A DNA stretch of 56,241 nucleotides from Bacteroidia bacterium (lineage in GTDB: Bacteria; Bacteroidota; Bacteroidia; B-17B0; Aurantibacillaceae), in contig JAGPDW010000001.1 of the NCBI GenBank assembly GCA_018057345.1, positions 13,669 to 69,909 of the forward strand, written 5' to 3'. Of the stretch, positions 36,900-46,438 are shown in pieces (position 1 is the first letter of the stretch; each line of letters starts with the position of its first letter). The notes under the pieces are model-generated. The model was not told where the DNA came from. It made no database searches and saw only the letters and a program-made list of their open reading frames with translations. Made by a program: the position numbers and the translations under genes.

Positions 36900-38477
36900 C
36901 TATTCATTTAATTTATTATTGATCTTGTACACTATCAAGCCTCGGTGTGTGGTTAAGATCTCCGTTTTAAGATCACGTGGCCTTACCTTATTAAATTTTG
37001 CACTATCCGATACAACTAAATATTTAAACTCATGCAAAGTTAACAAACTATCAATTCGAGATGCTCTTGTTGTATCTGTAAAGGTATAGCCTATTTGATC
37101 CATTTTATATAAACTATTACACCAACCATCTTCAAAGCCACTTAAAGTTCTATCAGTGCGAAGCACTCCCAATTTTCTTAACTTCGGCTCTAGGTCATCA
37201 TATGACCTAGACTTATCAAAATATTTTATGTACGCCGTGTCGAATCTCTTGGCAAGATCTCTTTTTGTCCATACGATACTTTCCTTTAAGTTAAAGAAAA
37301 GGATAACAAGGAATACAGTATAGATCCATTTAAAATAACCGAATTTTATCTTAGATAATAGATCAGCAAATATCAACATCAAGAAGAATACACTTGTAAG
37401 GATCGGTATCACGTAATAATCGTGGTCTTTGAATTGATAAAACAGAAAATAAAAAAAACAAATATTGCCTATTGTTACAATCACAAAGGTGGTAAACAAC
37501 ACACGATCCACAAATTTAAATCCAAGGATCATAAAACCTATTAAGCATGCATATAATACATAATTCTCATGAGGATAATATTCATAAATATGATCATCCA
37601 TTATTCGCCCTAATACCTCCATGGCAGTTGGAATATCGGTAATTAATGCAGTTTGCATAGTAAATGATTGTGTTTTACTATACTTAGTTAGCCAAAATGA
37701 GTAAGCATACCAGGCTAAAACAACAAGAATGCCATAAACAAGATAAAGCAATAGTTTCTTCTTGTTTTCAAATAGCGCGCCGTTTTTTTGTTTCTTAAAA
37801 TAAGAGGTATGATCTAAAATGACCAAACACATTACTGCTATTAAAGTAATAAGAGAAGTTATCTTTATAAGTGCTGCCAGAGTTGCAAAAACCAAAAAAA
37901 TAATAAAGTCTCTTTTAGTTTGCTCGTTCTTCAAAAATCTGAAAAAGAAAAACCAGGCAATAAGTACAAAAGCCAAACTTGTTACATCGGGCATAAAGTT
38001 AATGCTATAAAAGGCCATAACAGGAGAACAATATGCAGATAAGATCAAGCCAAAAGAAACGAGGGAATTCTTTATATACGAATTTAGCAGAAGGTAAAAG
38101 AAAAACAATCCCATTACAATAGTAAAAAGAACAAACCCTCTGTAGTACATTTCGTTGAAGCCAAATAGTTTATATAATATGGCCGGCACGTAATTTACCA
38201 AGGGAAATTCTAAACCGGTTACACCATCTCCTTCCAAATATTTATGGATATGCGGCTTAAAAAAATTCATGTCGGTTCGCGAATAATTCAAAGCAATTGA
38301 TGCACGGGCAGTTTGTGCCCAAATATGCACTGAACATGGGCGTTTTTCAATGTGATCATACAGGCCCAAATAATTGTGATACGTATTCAAAGCAACAAAA
38401 TAGAAAAGCACAGCAAAAAGTAAATTCCATTTAGGATTAACCTTTTTCTTTAAAGCATCTATTAACTCTTCTGCCAT
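36900..38477 (-). CDS. ArnT/PMT_2-like GT-C glycosyltransferase
   Basis: First loop HIWAQ...ALNY, EFPLVNY, NFMPDV, LAALIK, HDYY; about 11 TM segments. Confidence 0.7.
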   Translation of the reverse strand: MAEELIDALKKKVNPKWNLLFAVLFYFVALNTYHNYLGLYDHIEKRPCSVHIWAQTARASIALNYSRTDMNFFKPHIHKYLEGDGVTGLEFPLVNYVPAILYKLFGFNEMYYRGFVLFTIVMGLFFFYLLLNSYIKNSLVSFGLILSAYCSPVMAFYSINFMPDVTSLAFVLIAWFFFFRFLKNEQTKRDFIIFLVFATLAALIKITSLITLIAVMCLVILDHTSYFKKQKNGALFENKKKLLLYLVYGILVVLAWYAYSFWLTKYSKTQSFTMQTALITDIPTAMEVLGRIMDDHIYEYYPHENYVLYACLIGFMILGFKFVDRVLFTTFVIVTIGNICFFYFLFYQFKDHDYYVIPILTSVFFLMLIFADLLSKIKFGYFKWIYTVFLVILFFNLKESIVWTKRDLAKRFDTAYIKYFDKSRSYDDLEPKLRKLGVLRTDRTLSGFEDGWCNSLYKMDQIGYTFTDTTRASRIDSLLTLHEFKYLVVSDSAKFNKVRPRDLKTEILTTHRGLIVYKINNKLNE

Positions 38478-38483
38478 ACTATA

Positions 38484-38993
38484 TTACTTTGGTATGCATT
38501 TTATAGTTAGATCAACCGAATCAATATCAAAGTTCTCTTTCTTACCTTCTGCCAATTCTGTGAATAACATTGCTTTATTATAAGGCCTATCTTGTTGATG
38601 ATAAGGTAACACATAATACCCTCTGAACTTATTCCATTTGTTTAGATCAACTACCAGTTCTCTTAAAGGAATAGTTGTCCAATGGATCGGCTCGTGGTCG
38701 CGAAATAGAACAATTTTAATTGAAGCAAATGAATGTACGTAATCGGTTCGTATTTTACCCTTATACTCTAGGGTCAGTTTTTTACCCAGCTGTGCTTCTG
38801 TAAACCTTACAGTATCAATAAAGGCTATGTTGTGTATCGAATCGTGCCTAAAATAATAGTGCCCCGCATGCGAAGTATCTTCTTTAACACCGGCTTGATC
38901 TGTGAATGTGAAGAGTTTCTGATGAATGATGTCGGCGCTCTCTTTACAAGAATTTATAAATACAAATAAAGAAATCGCCAACAAATATCTCAT
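38484..38993 (-). CDS. Hypothetical lipoprotein
   Basis: Lipobox FINSC followed by a beta-rich domain. Confidence 0.65.
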   Translation of the reverse strand: MRYLLAISLFVFINSCKESADIIHQKLFTFTDQAGVKEDTSHAGHYYFRHDSIHNIAFIDTVRFTEAQLGKKLTLEYKGKIRTDYVHSFASIKIVLFRDHEPIHWTTIPLRELVVDLNKWNKFRGYYVLPYHQQDRPYNKAMLFTELAEGKKENFDIDSVDLTIKCIPK

Positions 38994-38996
38994 TTA

Positions 38997-39653
38997 TTAT
39001 AATTCCATTTCTTTTATATCGCCTTCTATGATCAATTTTCCGGCAGTTGCTTTTTTAATGTCTTCAACTGTTACACCGGGCGCTGTTTCAAGTAATTTAA
39101 ACCCTCCGCCAGGCGCTATCTCATAAACTCCTAATTCAGTTACAATTTTTTTTACGCACTTAATGCCGGTTAATGGCAGATCGCATTTTGGTAATAGTTT
39201 TGATTGGCCAGCTTTATTTACTTGTTGCATAGCCACAATAATATTTTTTGCACTAGCCACAAGATCCATAGCCCCGCCCATTCCTTTCACCATTTTTCCT
39301 GGAATTTTCCAGTTAGCAATATCTCCATTTTCGCTCACTTCCATAGCGCCTAAAATAGTTAAATGCACTTTCTGCGCTCGGATCATTCCAAAACTCATAG
39401 CACTATCAAATATCGAAGCACCGTGTAATAATGTTACCGTTTGCTTCCCGGCATTTATCAAGTCGGCATCTTCTTCCCCTTCAAAAGGAAAAGGTCCCAT
39501 ACCTAAAATGCCATTTTCGCTTTGCAGCTCAACACTCATGTGCTCGGGAATATAATTTGCAACCAGAGTTGGGATACCAATTCCCAAATTCACAAACATT
39601 CCATCTTTTACTTCTTTTGCAATTCGCTTTGCAATACCATTTTTGTCTAACAT
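38997..39653 (-). CDS. scoB: 3-oxoacid CoA-transferase subunit B
   Basis: VNLGIGIPT, catalytic QSENG, KGMGGAMDL. Confidence 0.95.
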   Translation of the reverse strand: MLDKNGIAKRIAKEVKDGMFVNLGIGIPTLVANYIPEHMSVELQSENGILGMGPFPFEGEEDADLINAGKQTVTLLHGASIFDSAMSFGMIRAQKVHLTILGAMEVSENGDIANWKIPGKMVKGMGGAMDLVASAKNIIVAMQQVNKAGQSKLLPKCDLPLTGIKCVKKIVTELGVYEIAPGGGFKLLETAPGVTVEDIKKATAGKLIIEGDIKEMEL

Positions 39654-39664
39654 ACAAATGTGTT

Positions 39665-40378
39665 TTAATTTTTCTTTCTTACTGTTCTTTGCTCTATGCG
39701 TTTTTCGTACTTCTCCCCTTGGAAAATTCGGTGCACATAAATTCCGGGTGTGTGAATTTGATCAGGGTCTAATTCTCCCGCAGGAACTAATTGCTCCACT
39801 TCAGCAACGGTGATCTTTCCGGCCATGGCCATCATTGGATTAAAATTACGAGCAGTACTTCTAAATATTAAATTCCCGGCCGTATCGCCCTTCCATGCTT
39901 TTACAATAGAAAAATCAGCCTCAAATGCTTTCTCCATCAAATATTCCTTCTCCTCTCCGTTATAATTAAACACGCGTGTCTCTTTTCCTATGGCTACTTC
40001 TGTTCCAACTCCTGCCGGAGTGTATATCACAGGCATACCATAAGCTGCGGCTAAACAACGTGTAGCTAATGTTCCCTGAGGGATGAGTTCAACTTCTAAT
40101 TCCCCACTAAGCATTTGGCGTTCAAATTCTTCATTCTCTCCAACATATGAAGAGATCATTTTTTTTATCTGTTTTGTTTGCAACAATAAACCCAACCCAA
40201 AGTCATCTACTCCGGCATTGTTGCTAATAGCAGTAATGTTCTTCGTGCCCATCTTTATCAATTGATTGATCGAATTCTCGGGAATTCCACAAAGACCAAA
40301 ACCACCGAACATAATGGTTTGATCACTCTTTACATCCTTTAATGCTTCTTGTGCATTTTTTACTACTCTGTTTATCAT
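39665..40378 (-). CDS. scoA: 3-oxoacid CoA-transferase subunit A
   Basis: [38 protein letters not shown]. Confidence 0.95.
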   Translation of the reverse strand: MINRVVKNAQEALKDVKSDQTIMFGGFGLCGIPENSINQLIKMGTKNITAISNNAGVDDFGLGLLLQTKQIKKMISSYVGENEEFERQMLSGELEVELIPQGTLATRCLAAAYGMPVIYTPAGVGTEVAIGKETRVFNYNGEEKEYLMEKAFEADFSIVKAWKGDTAGNLIFRSTARNFNPMMAMAGKITVAEVEQLVPAGELDPDQIHTPGIYVHRIFQGEKYEKRIEQRTVRKKN

Positions 40379-40396
40379 AGTTGTTTTTGCTTAAGT

Positions 40397-42001
40397 TTAC
40401 TTAAAATTTCCTGTGCGTACTTGTACAGGAAATAATTTATGTGGTACGTATTTAAATTTATCGACCTTTAGTATGGTTACTTGCTCCGTTTTAAAAGTAT
40501 CTAAAATTACGAAATACTTTCTTATTTCTGCTGTATCCAAGTTCTCTGGCACAACAAAATCATAATCTCCCTTATAGAACCAGTTAATATTACTTCCTAC
40601 CTCATAAAAATGTATAGAAGAGTATACAGTAACTATGGTTACGCCCTTTCGCGAAAACATAGACGTGTGCTTTGCCTTCCAATAATCTGATATTCCCTTT
40701 TTTAATTGATGTTTATCACAAATACTGTCTATAGCTCTCACTTTTGGCGGGTAATAGCTAAAATAATTGCTTAATCCGTCTGTCTTGAATCTTGCCAGCG
40801 ACATGTACAAGAAAAACAAAATAATAAGATAAGACACGATCTTCCCAACATATTCCACCCTTATTATTTTTCCAAATGACACAGCAACAACAAAAGCCAT
40901 TCCTACTGTGGTGAAAAAATACATAGAGCTGTTATATCGGATGCAATCAACAAATGGATAATTTCCCATTATAACCGGTGCCCACATAGTGGAGGTCATA
41001 AAAACAAAATAAAATATCAGGAAATATCTTACGCGTTTATCCAGTTTTTTATAAAAAATGAGGATGGTTAACAAAGATAAAGGGATTGCTAAAAGCATAA
41101 AACCAACAAGCATGGTCATAAAACCAGGCCTGTCCAAATACCACAAGATGTGATTTGTCATTACGTTATATGAATTGGCAATATTTTCAAAATGAAAAAG
41201 ATTGCTATTTGAAGCGTAATTTGAATTAATAGAATAAAATAAATAATATCCTGATGCCCCTCCAATTAAAGTCGTTAATAGAAATGTAAAACTACGTTTC
41301 CATCCAAAAAAACTCGGCTGCAAAATAGTTAACGCAGTTAATGGAGCAACGAATGCAACTGCAAACATCATATCGCTGTACATAGCCAAGCAAGAGATAA
41401 TAAATAAAAATATTATTTTCCAAACATACTTTATCTCTGCCACTACTAAAGATAACGCGATCAACGCATTTACAAAGGTTCCTGTATGAAAACAATACGT
41501 TGATATTAAAAATGGCAAGATCTGATCTCCGGTATAATAATATCCTTCAAAGAAAATGAAAGAATAAAACAGAGGGACTAACCAACTGAACTCCTTAGAA
41601 CGACCAGTTAATAGTTTACGAAATACAAAACATGACAAAGCCGCTATGGTTAACACCTGGATGATCGCAAACCAAAAAGTGATCGTTAAAAAATCAAGTT
41701 CAAATATCTGGTATAGTATATAATACAAAACCATATCAGGGAACAAGGTTGGCGCGGATGCCAATTTCCAATCCTTAAAATATCCACCGTCCTTAAAAAT
41801 ATCCTTGAACAAATACGGCACACCAACCGAATCGGAATTAAAGGTGTTGTCGAAATTATAATCCGTAAAATTTGAGTAATAACATACAACGCTAAGGAAT
41901 AATGTGGCAAAAGATAATAGATGTAAAAAAGTATTGCTGAGTAATATTTTTGCTAGATGTTCCCTTGAAAAATTCATTGTTCTAGGATTACAAATTATCA
42001 A
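40397..42001 (-). CDS. Polytopic membrane protein, GT-C/GtrII-like
   Basis: First-loop FNSD..., GG..KDW.L..AP..FPD, RY near last TMs, DYW in C-terminal soluble domain. True start may be 41977. Confidence 0.55.
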   Translation of the reverse strand: MIICNPRTMNFSREHLAKILLSNTFLHLLSFATLFLSVVCYYSNFTDYNFDNTFNSDSVGVPYLFKDIFKDGGYFKDWKLASAPTLFPDMVLYYILYQIFELDFLTITFWFAIIQVLTIAALSCFVFRKLLTGRSKEFSWLVPLFYSFIFFEGYYYTGDQILPFLISTYCFHTGTFVNALIALSLVVAEIKYVWKIIFLFIISCLAMYSDMMFAVAFVAPLTALTILQPSFFGWKRSFTFLLTTLIGGASGYYLFYSINSNYASNSNLFHFENIANSYNVMTNHILWYLDRPGFMTMLVGFMLLAIPLSLLTILIFYKKLDKRVRYFLIFYFVFMTSTMWAPVIMGNYPFVDCIRYNSSMYFFTTVGMAFVVAVSFGKIIRVEYVGKIVSYLIILFFLYMSLARFKTDGLSNYFSYYPPKVRAIDSICDKHQLKKGISDYWKAKHTSMFSRKGVTIVTVYSSIHFYEVGSNINWFYKGDYDFVVPENLDTAEIRKYFVILDTFKTEQVTILKVDKFKYVPHKLFPVQVRTGNFK

Positions 42002-44240
42002 AGATACTTGGCTCTACATTTTCTTCGTAGGTCTCGGCATCGTATTTACTGCAATCTAATTCTAAGCTTGGATCAATGTTTTTTGGACGAGGGAATTCTC
42101 CATTACTCACTTTTAGTTTTTTGTCGGCATAAACTTTTTGAAAGAATTTTCCCCAAATAGGTAAAGCCATGGTTGCTCCCTGCCCTTCGGCCATAGAATT
42201 AAAGTGGATACTTCTGTCTTCACCACCAACCCAACAGCCCGCAACGAGTTCAGGTGTTAACCCCATGAACCAACCATCGGCATTTTTTTGTGTTGTTCCG
42301 GTTTTACCGGCTATTTGATTAAATAATTTATACCTTCCTCTTAATGATCCACCTGTACCACCATCCACAACGCCGCGCATCAATTGTATCATGGTGTATG
42401 CTTTTTCTTCGCTAAATACCTCATCACTATTAGGCACAAATTCTTCCAACACTTTTCCGTTCTTATCTTCAATACGCGTAATAAATGTTGGCTGAATGAA
42501 TGTTCCCTTGTTTGCAAATGTTGAAATAGCGCCTACCATTTCAAACACACTAATGTCGGGTGTTCCTAAACAAATAGATGGCACTTCAGGAATATCGGAT
42601 GTTATTCCTAAACGTCTTACCAACGTTACAACTGCGTGCGGACCATACTGTTTCATTACCCATGCGGTTACATAATTAATAGAATTTGCCAGGGCTTTTT
42701 TAAGCGTGAGCATTTTTCCGTTTGTTTTTGCGTTGGGGCCATCACTGTTGTTCGGACACCAATCTTTTCCATCGGGTAACGCGATACATGTTCTAACATT
42801 TGGCACTTGGTGACAAGGACTCAATCCCTCCTGAATTGCTAAAGCGTACACAAATGGTTTGAACGTTGAACCAACTTGCCTCTTACTTACTTTAACGTGA
42901 TCATATTTATAGTGTTTATGATTGATGCCACCAACCCATGCTTTCACATAACCTGTTTGTGGTTCCATGGCCATAAAGCCTGTTTGCAAAAATGATTTGT
43001 AATATTTGATGCTATCGTAAGGCGTTAGAACGGTGTCAACTTCTCCACGCAAACTGTAAACTCGCATGGTCGATGGTTTATGAAACGTTGCTATAATATT
43101 TTCGTGTGTTAATCCTTGTTTTTTTAATTCGCGATAACGATCGCTTCGTTTCATAGAAGCATTCATGATGCCATTTATTTCATCCTTACTTACGTTCCAT
43201 GCAAACGGATAATTTTTCTTTTGTTTCAGATCCTTATTAAAAATGATCTGTAAATTATGCATGTGTTCTTCTACCGCTTCTTCGGCATATTTTTGCATGC
43301 GCGAATCAACGGTGGTGTATATTCTTAAACCATCTTTGTAAATATTATATGGTTTTTTTGTTTCCGGATTAATATGTTTTTCGCACCAAGCTTTTAAAAA
43401 ATTATCGCGCAAATATTCTCTGAAGTAAGGAGCAGGTCCATCGTTATGATCTTCGGGTTGAAAACTTACGCAAAGTTGTTTTGTTTTTAAAGTATCGTAT
43501 GCCTCTTTGCTCAAGTAACCATACTTCACCATTTGATTCATTACAACATTACGACGCTGCATGGTTCGCTCAGGAAAACGAATTGGATTGAACATCGCGG
43601 GATTTTTTGCCATACCAACTAACATGGCAGCTTCGTGTATATTTAAACTATCGCACGATTTATTAAAATAAATTTTTGATGCTGATTTTATTCCCACTGC
43701 CAAATTCAAAAAATCGAATTTGTTTAGGTACATGGCCATGATCTCGTCTTTAGTGTAATTTTTTTCGAGACGAGTTGCCGTGATCCACTCTTTCATTTTA
43801 CGGATCACCAATTGCATCTTGTTCAACTTCTCTCCGCGTGGATACATCATTTTAGCTAACTGCTGTGTAATGGTACTTCCACCTCCGCTGCTTCCACCAC
43901 CAAAAACACCCGTTGCCGCTCTAAATAATGCTTTTACATCCACGCCACTGTGCTCGTAAAAGCGAGCGTCTTCGGTTGCTACTAATGCTTCAACAATATC
44001 TTTATCCAATTGCTCAAAGCGAATGTTCTCGCGATTTTCGCTATAAAATTTTCCTAGAGTTTGCAGGTCGCTACTATAAACAACAGTAGCCAAATTACTT
44101 TTTGGATTTTGTAATTCTTCAACGCTTGGTAATTCACCAAAAGTGCCAAGAGAAATAAGAAACAAAAAAAGAAAAAGGAACACAAAAGGACCCCAGATAA
44201 TAATCCAGACCCACTTAATGTATTTTGAGCTTTTCGACAC
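41988..44240 (-). CDS. mrcA: Class A penicillin-binding protein (PBP1A)
   Basis: TGase EDARFYEHSGVD and GGSTITQQLAK; TPase STFK, SIN, KTGT. GTG start. Confidence 0.93.
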   Translation of the reverse strand: MSKSSKYIKWVWIIIWGPFVFLFLFLFLISLGTFGELPSVEELQNPKSNLATVVYSSDLQTLGKFYSENRENIRFEQLDKDIVEALVATEDARFYEHSGVDVKALFRAATGVFGGGSSGGGSTITQQLAKMMYPRGEKLNKMQLVIRKMKEWITATRLEKNYTKDEIMAMYLNKFDFLNLAVGIKSASKIYFNKSCDSLNIHEAAMLVGMAKNPAMFNPIRFPERTMQRRNVVMNQMVKYGYLSKEAYDTLKTKQLCVSFQPEDHNDGPAPYFREYLRDNFLKAWCEKHINPETKKPYNIYKDGLRIYTTVDSRMQKYAEEAVEEHMHNLQIIFNKDLKQKKNYPFAWNVSKDEINGIMNASMKRSDRYRELKKQGLTHENIIATFHKPSTMRVYSLRGEVDTVLTPYDSIKYYKSFLQTGFMAMEPQTGYVKAWVGGINHKHYKYDHVKVSKRQVGSTFKPFVYALAIQEGLSPCHQVPNVRTCIALPDGKDWCPNNSDGPNAKTNGKMLTLKKALANSINYVTAWVMKQYGPHAVVTLVRRLGITSDIPEVPSICLGTPDISVFEMVGAISTFANKGTFIQPTFITRIEDKNGKVLEEFVPNSDEVFSEEKAYTMIQLMRGVVDGGTGGSLRGRYKLFNQIAGKTGTTQKNADGWFMGLTPELVAGCWVGGEDRSIHFNSMAEGQGATMALPIWGKFFQKVYADKKLKVSNGEFPRPKNIDPSLELDCSKYDAETYEENVEPSIFDNL

Positions 44241-44312
44241 CGAGAATTTTGTGTAAAAATAGGAAAATATGGGAGATAGAAAGCTTAAAAATTCATAAGT
44301 TCTTAAGGTGAA

Positions 44313-44476
44313 TTAGCCACAAAGGTGCAAAGACACAAAGTTTAATTGGGTAACCGACATTTTTTATAACCACCAAGACACGGAGACTCGGTTCAGTTCA
44401 CAGAAAACCGTGACTTGGTGTCTTGGTGGTTAGTTTAATTGAATGAATTCTTGGTGACTTTTAGTCTTTGTAGCAA
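44313..44476. repeat. Nested inverted repeat built from 8-nt units (CACnAAGA)
   Basis: Inner arms 44367-44393 TAACCACCAAGACACGGAGACTCGGTT and 44406-44432 AACCGTGACTTGGTGTCTTGGTGGTTA. Looser outer arms at 44313-44340 and 44450-44476. Confidence 0.75.
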
Positions 44477-44482
44477 AAAAAA

Positions 44483-45259
44483 TCAGTCCCCCTTAAACAC
44501 CGGCTGTCTTTTTTCTAAAAAAGCGCTAACGCCTTCATTATAATCGTGAGTTGAGGCAGCTATTACTTGCTCTTCTTTTTCTCGTTGCAATTGTTTTTCA
44601 AGCGTATTTGTGGTGCCTTCGTTCAATAGTTTTTTAGTAAGGGCAATTCCTTTTGTTGGCATTTGAGCCAATGTAGTTGCGGTTGCTAAAGCCGTTTCAA
44701 ACAATTTTTCATCATCAACCACTTTATAGATCATGCCCATTTGTTCTGCATCTGTGGCGCTAACTTTATCGCCTAACATCATTAAAGCGCTTGCTTTTCC
44801 AAAACCAATTAGTTTAGGAAGAAAAAATGTTCCTCCGCTATCCGGTATCAATCCAATTTTACTAAATGCCTGAATAAATGAAGATGCTTTTGCTGCAAAA
44901 ACAACATCGCATGCCAAAGCAATATTGGCGCCTGCTCCTGCGGCAACACCATTTACAGCACATACCACCGGTTTTTGTAGTTTTCTTAAGCGTAAAATGA
45001 TAGGATTGTAATGTTCGTGAACTATACGTTCAATACCGGGACCATTTTTATCCATAGCCTCCGCAAGATCTTGCCCTGCACAAAATGCTTTTCCATTAGC
45101 AGTAATTAAAACCGCGCGAATATTTTTTTCATCCGCGGCTTTATCTAACTCCGCAATTAATTGCAAAGCCATTTCTCGGTTAAAACTATTAAACTTATCG
45201 GGTCTGTTTAAATGTAAAATTAAAACTCCGCCTTCTATTTTTGATCCTATTAAACTCAT
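44483..45259 (-). CDS. Enoyl-CoA hydratase/isomerase, PaaG-like
   Basis: LNRPDKFNSF, AFCAGQDL, NGVAAGAGANIALACD, GLIPDSGGT. Confidence 0.88.
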   Translation of the reverse strand: MSLIGSKIEGGVLILHLNRPDKFNSFNREMALQLIAELDKAADEKNIRAVLITANGKAFCAGQDLAEAMDKNGPGIERIVHEHYNPIILRLRKLQKPVVCAVNGVAAGAGANIALACDVVFAAKASSFIQAFSKIGLIPDSGGTFFLPKLIGFGKASALMMLGDKVSATDAEQMGMIYKVVDDEKLFETALATATTLAQMPTKGIALTKKLLNEGTTNTLEKQLQREKEEQVIAASTHDYNEGVSAFLEKRQPVFKGD

Positions 45260-45390
45260 GATCCTATTTAATACTAAATTATGAAAAAATGTTTTATGCT
45301 CTTTGCGAGGTAAAATGTAAAGCAGAAAGATCTACGGTATTTATTTCGATCAACAAAGTAATTCATGCGTATTTGTTTTGAAAATATATG

Positions 45391-46353
45391 CTAGAAGTCG
45401 TGGCTTAACTGGTTGGTTGCCTTTTGAAGTATCTCAAATGCATTCTCAGCCATTAAGTTCTCTCTATCTAAAGTTGGGTTGATCTCTACCATCTCAAAAC
45501 AACAGATCTTCTTGCTGCGCATGATGTAATAAATAAGGTTGCCGGCTTCTTTTTCAGTAATTCCATTTGGAACAGGTGTTCCGGTACCACTACTAATACG
45601 GCTATCCATGCTGTCTACATCAAAACTCACGTAAATTAGATCGCAATGATCAAGGTAATTCAAAGCCTCAATGGCTATACGTTCAACTGCCTTTTTGCGA
45701 ATTTCGGGTAAGTTGAACACACGTACTTTATTGTTCTTTATCAAAGCTTCTTCAGGGGGCTCAAAATCACGAAGTGCTATGAATACCAAATCATTATAGT
45801 GGATCTTAGGTGTAATGCCTCCTAAATTCTTAAGTTTTTCCCAGTACTCGATGGTCTCATCATCGGGTTTATTTTGCTGTCTTTCTTTGTTATCTTCACC
45901 TAAAATACCTGCAATGGGCATTCCGTGCATATTACCGCTTGGGGTGGTGTAAGGACTATGCATATCGGCATGAGCATCAATCCAAATAACACCGAGGCGC
46001 TTTTCAGGGTACGCCATTCTTATCCCGCTTATGGTTCCAAGGGCCGAACTATGATCGCCGGCTAACACAATAGGGATCTCTTCACGTTTTAGAGTTTTTT
46101 GTATCTCCTTGGCTATACGTTCGTTAAGCGAGTAAATACCTTTTATACGTTTGGCATAATCGTGAACAACCGGCTCCAGAAGTAAATGATTTTCAGTAGG
46201 TATTTCGGTTGCTTTAAACTTCTTAAAAAAGGGACTTCCGAAGTCAAGTGCTGCTATTTTAATAGCATCAATTCCCATACTGGAGCCACGTGTTCCGGCT
46301 CCTATCTCGCTTTTAACCTCCACTATTCTAATGGGTTTTATCATACTCTTCAT
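45391..46353 (-). CDS. rocF: Arginase
   Basis: GDHS, WIDAHAD, SGNMHGMP, SFDVDSMD, GTGTPV, VEINP. Confidence 0.93.
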   Translation of the reverse strand: MKSMIKPIRIVEVKSEIGAGTRGSSMGIDAIKIAALDFGSPFFKKFKATEIPTENHLLLEPVVHDYAKRIKGIYSLNERIAKEIQKTLKREEIPIVLAGDHSSALGTISGIRMAYPEKRLGVIWIDAHADMHSPYTTPSGNMHGMPIAGILGEDNKERQQNKPDDETIEYWEKLKNLGGITPKIHYNDLVFIALRDFEPPEEALIKNNKVRVFNLPEIRKKAVERIAIEALNYLDHCDLIYVSFDVDSMDSRISSGTGTPVPNGITEKEAGNLIYYIMRSKKICCFEMVEINPTLDRENLMAENAFEILQKATNQLSHDF

Positions 46354-46374
46354 ATTAAATTAACAAATAATTAG

Positions 46375-46382
46375 TACTTTTG
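46375..46382 (+). promoter_or_regulatory. -7 element TACTTTTG for arginine decarboxylase
   Basis: Exact TAnnTTTG match in the divergent intergenic region. Confidence 0.55.
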
Positions 46383-46438
46383 CGCCAAGTAATTAACTTA
46401 CTTAAGTTGAAAACTACCAATGTAACTCAACTACATTT

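Noticed and set aside
44483-45259. Phenylacetate catabolic cluster
   Set aside because: Only a lone PaaG-like gene is present, so no gene symbol was assigned.
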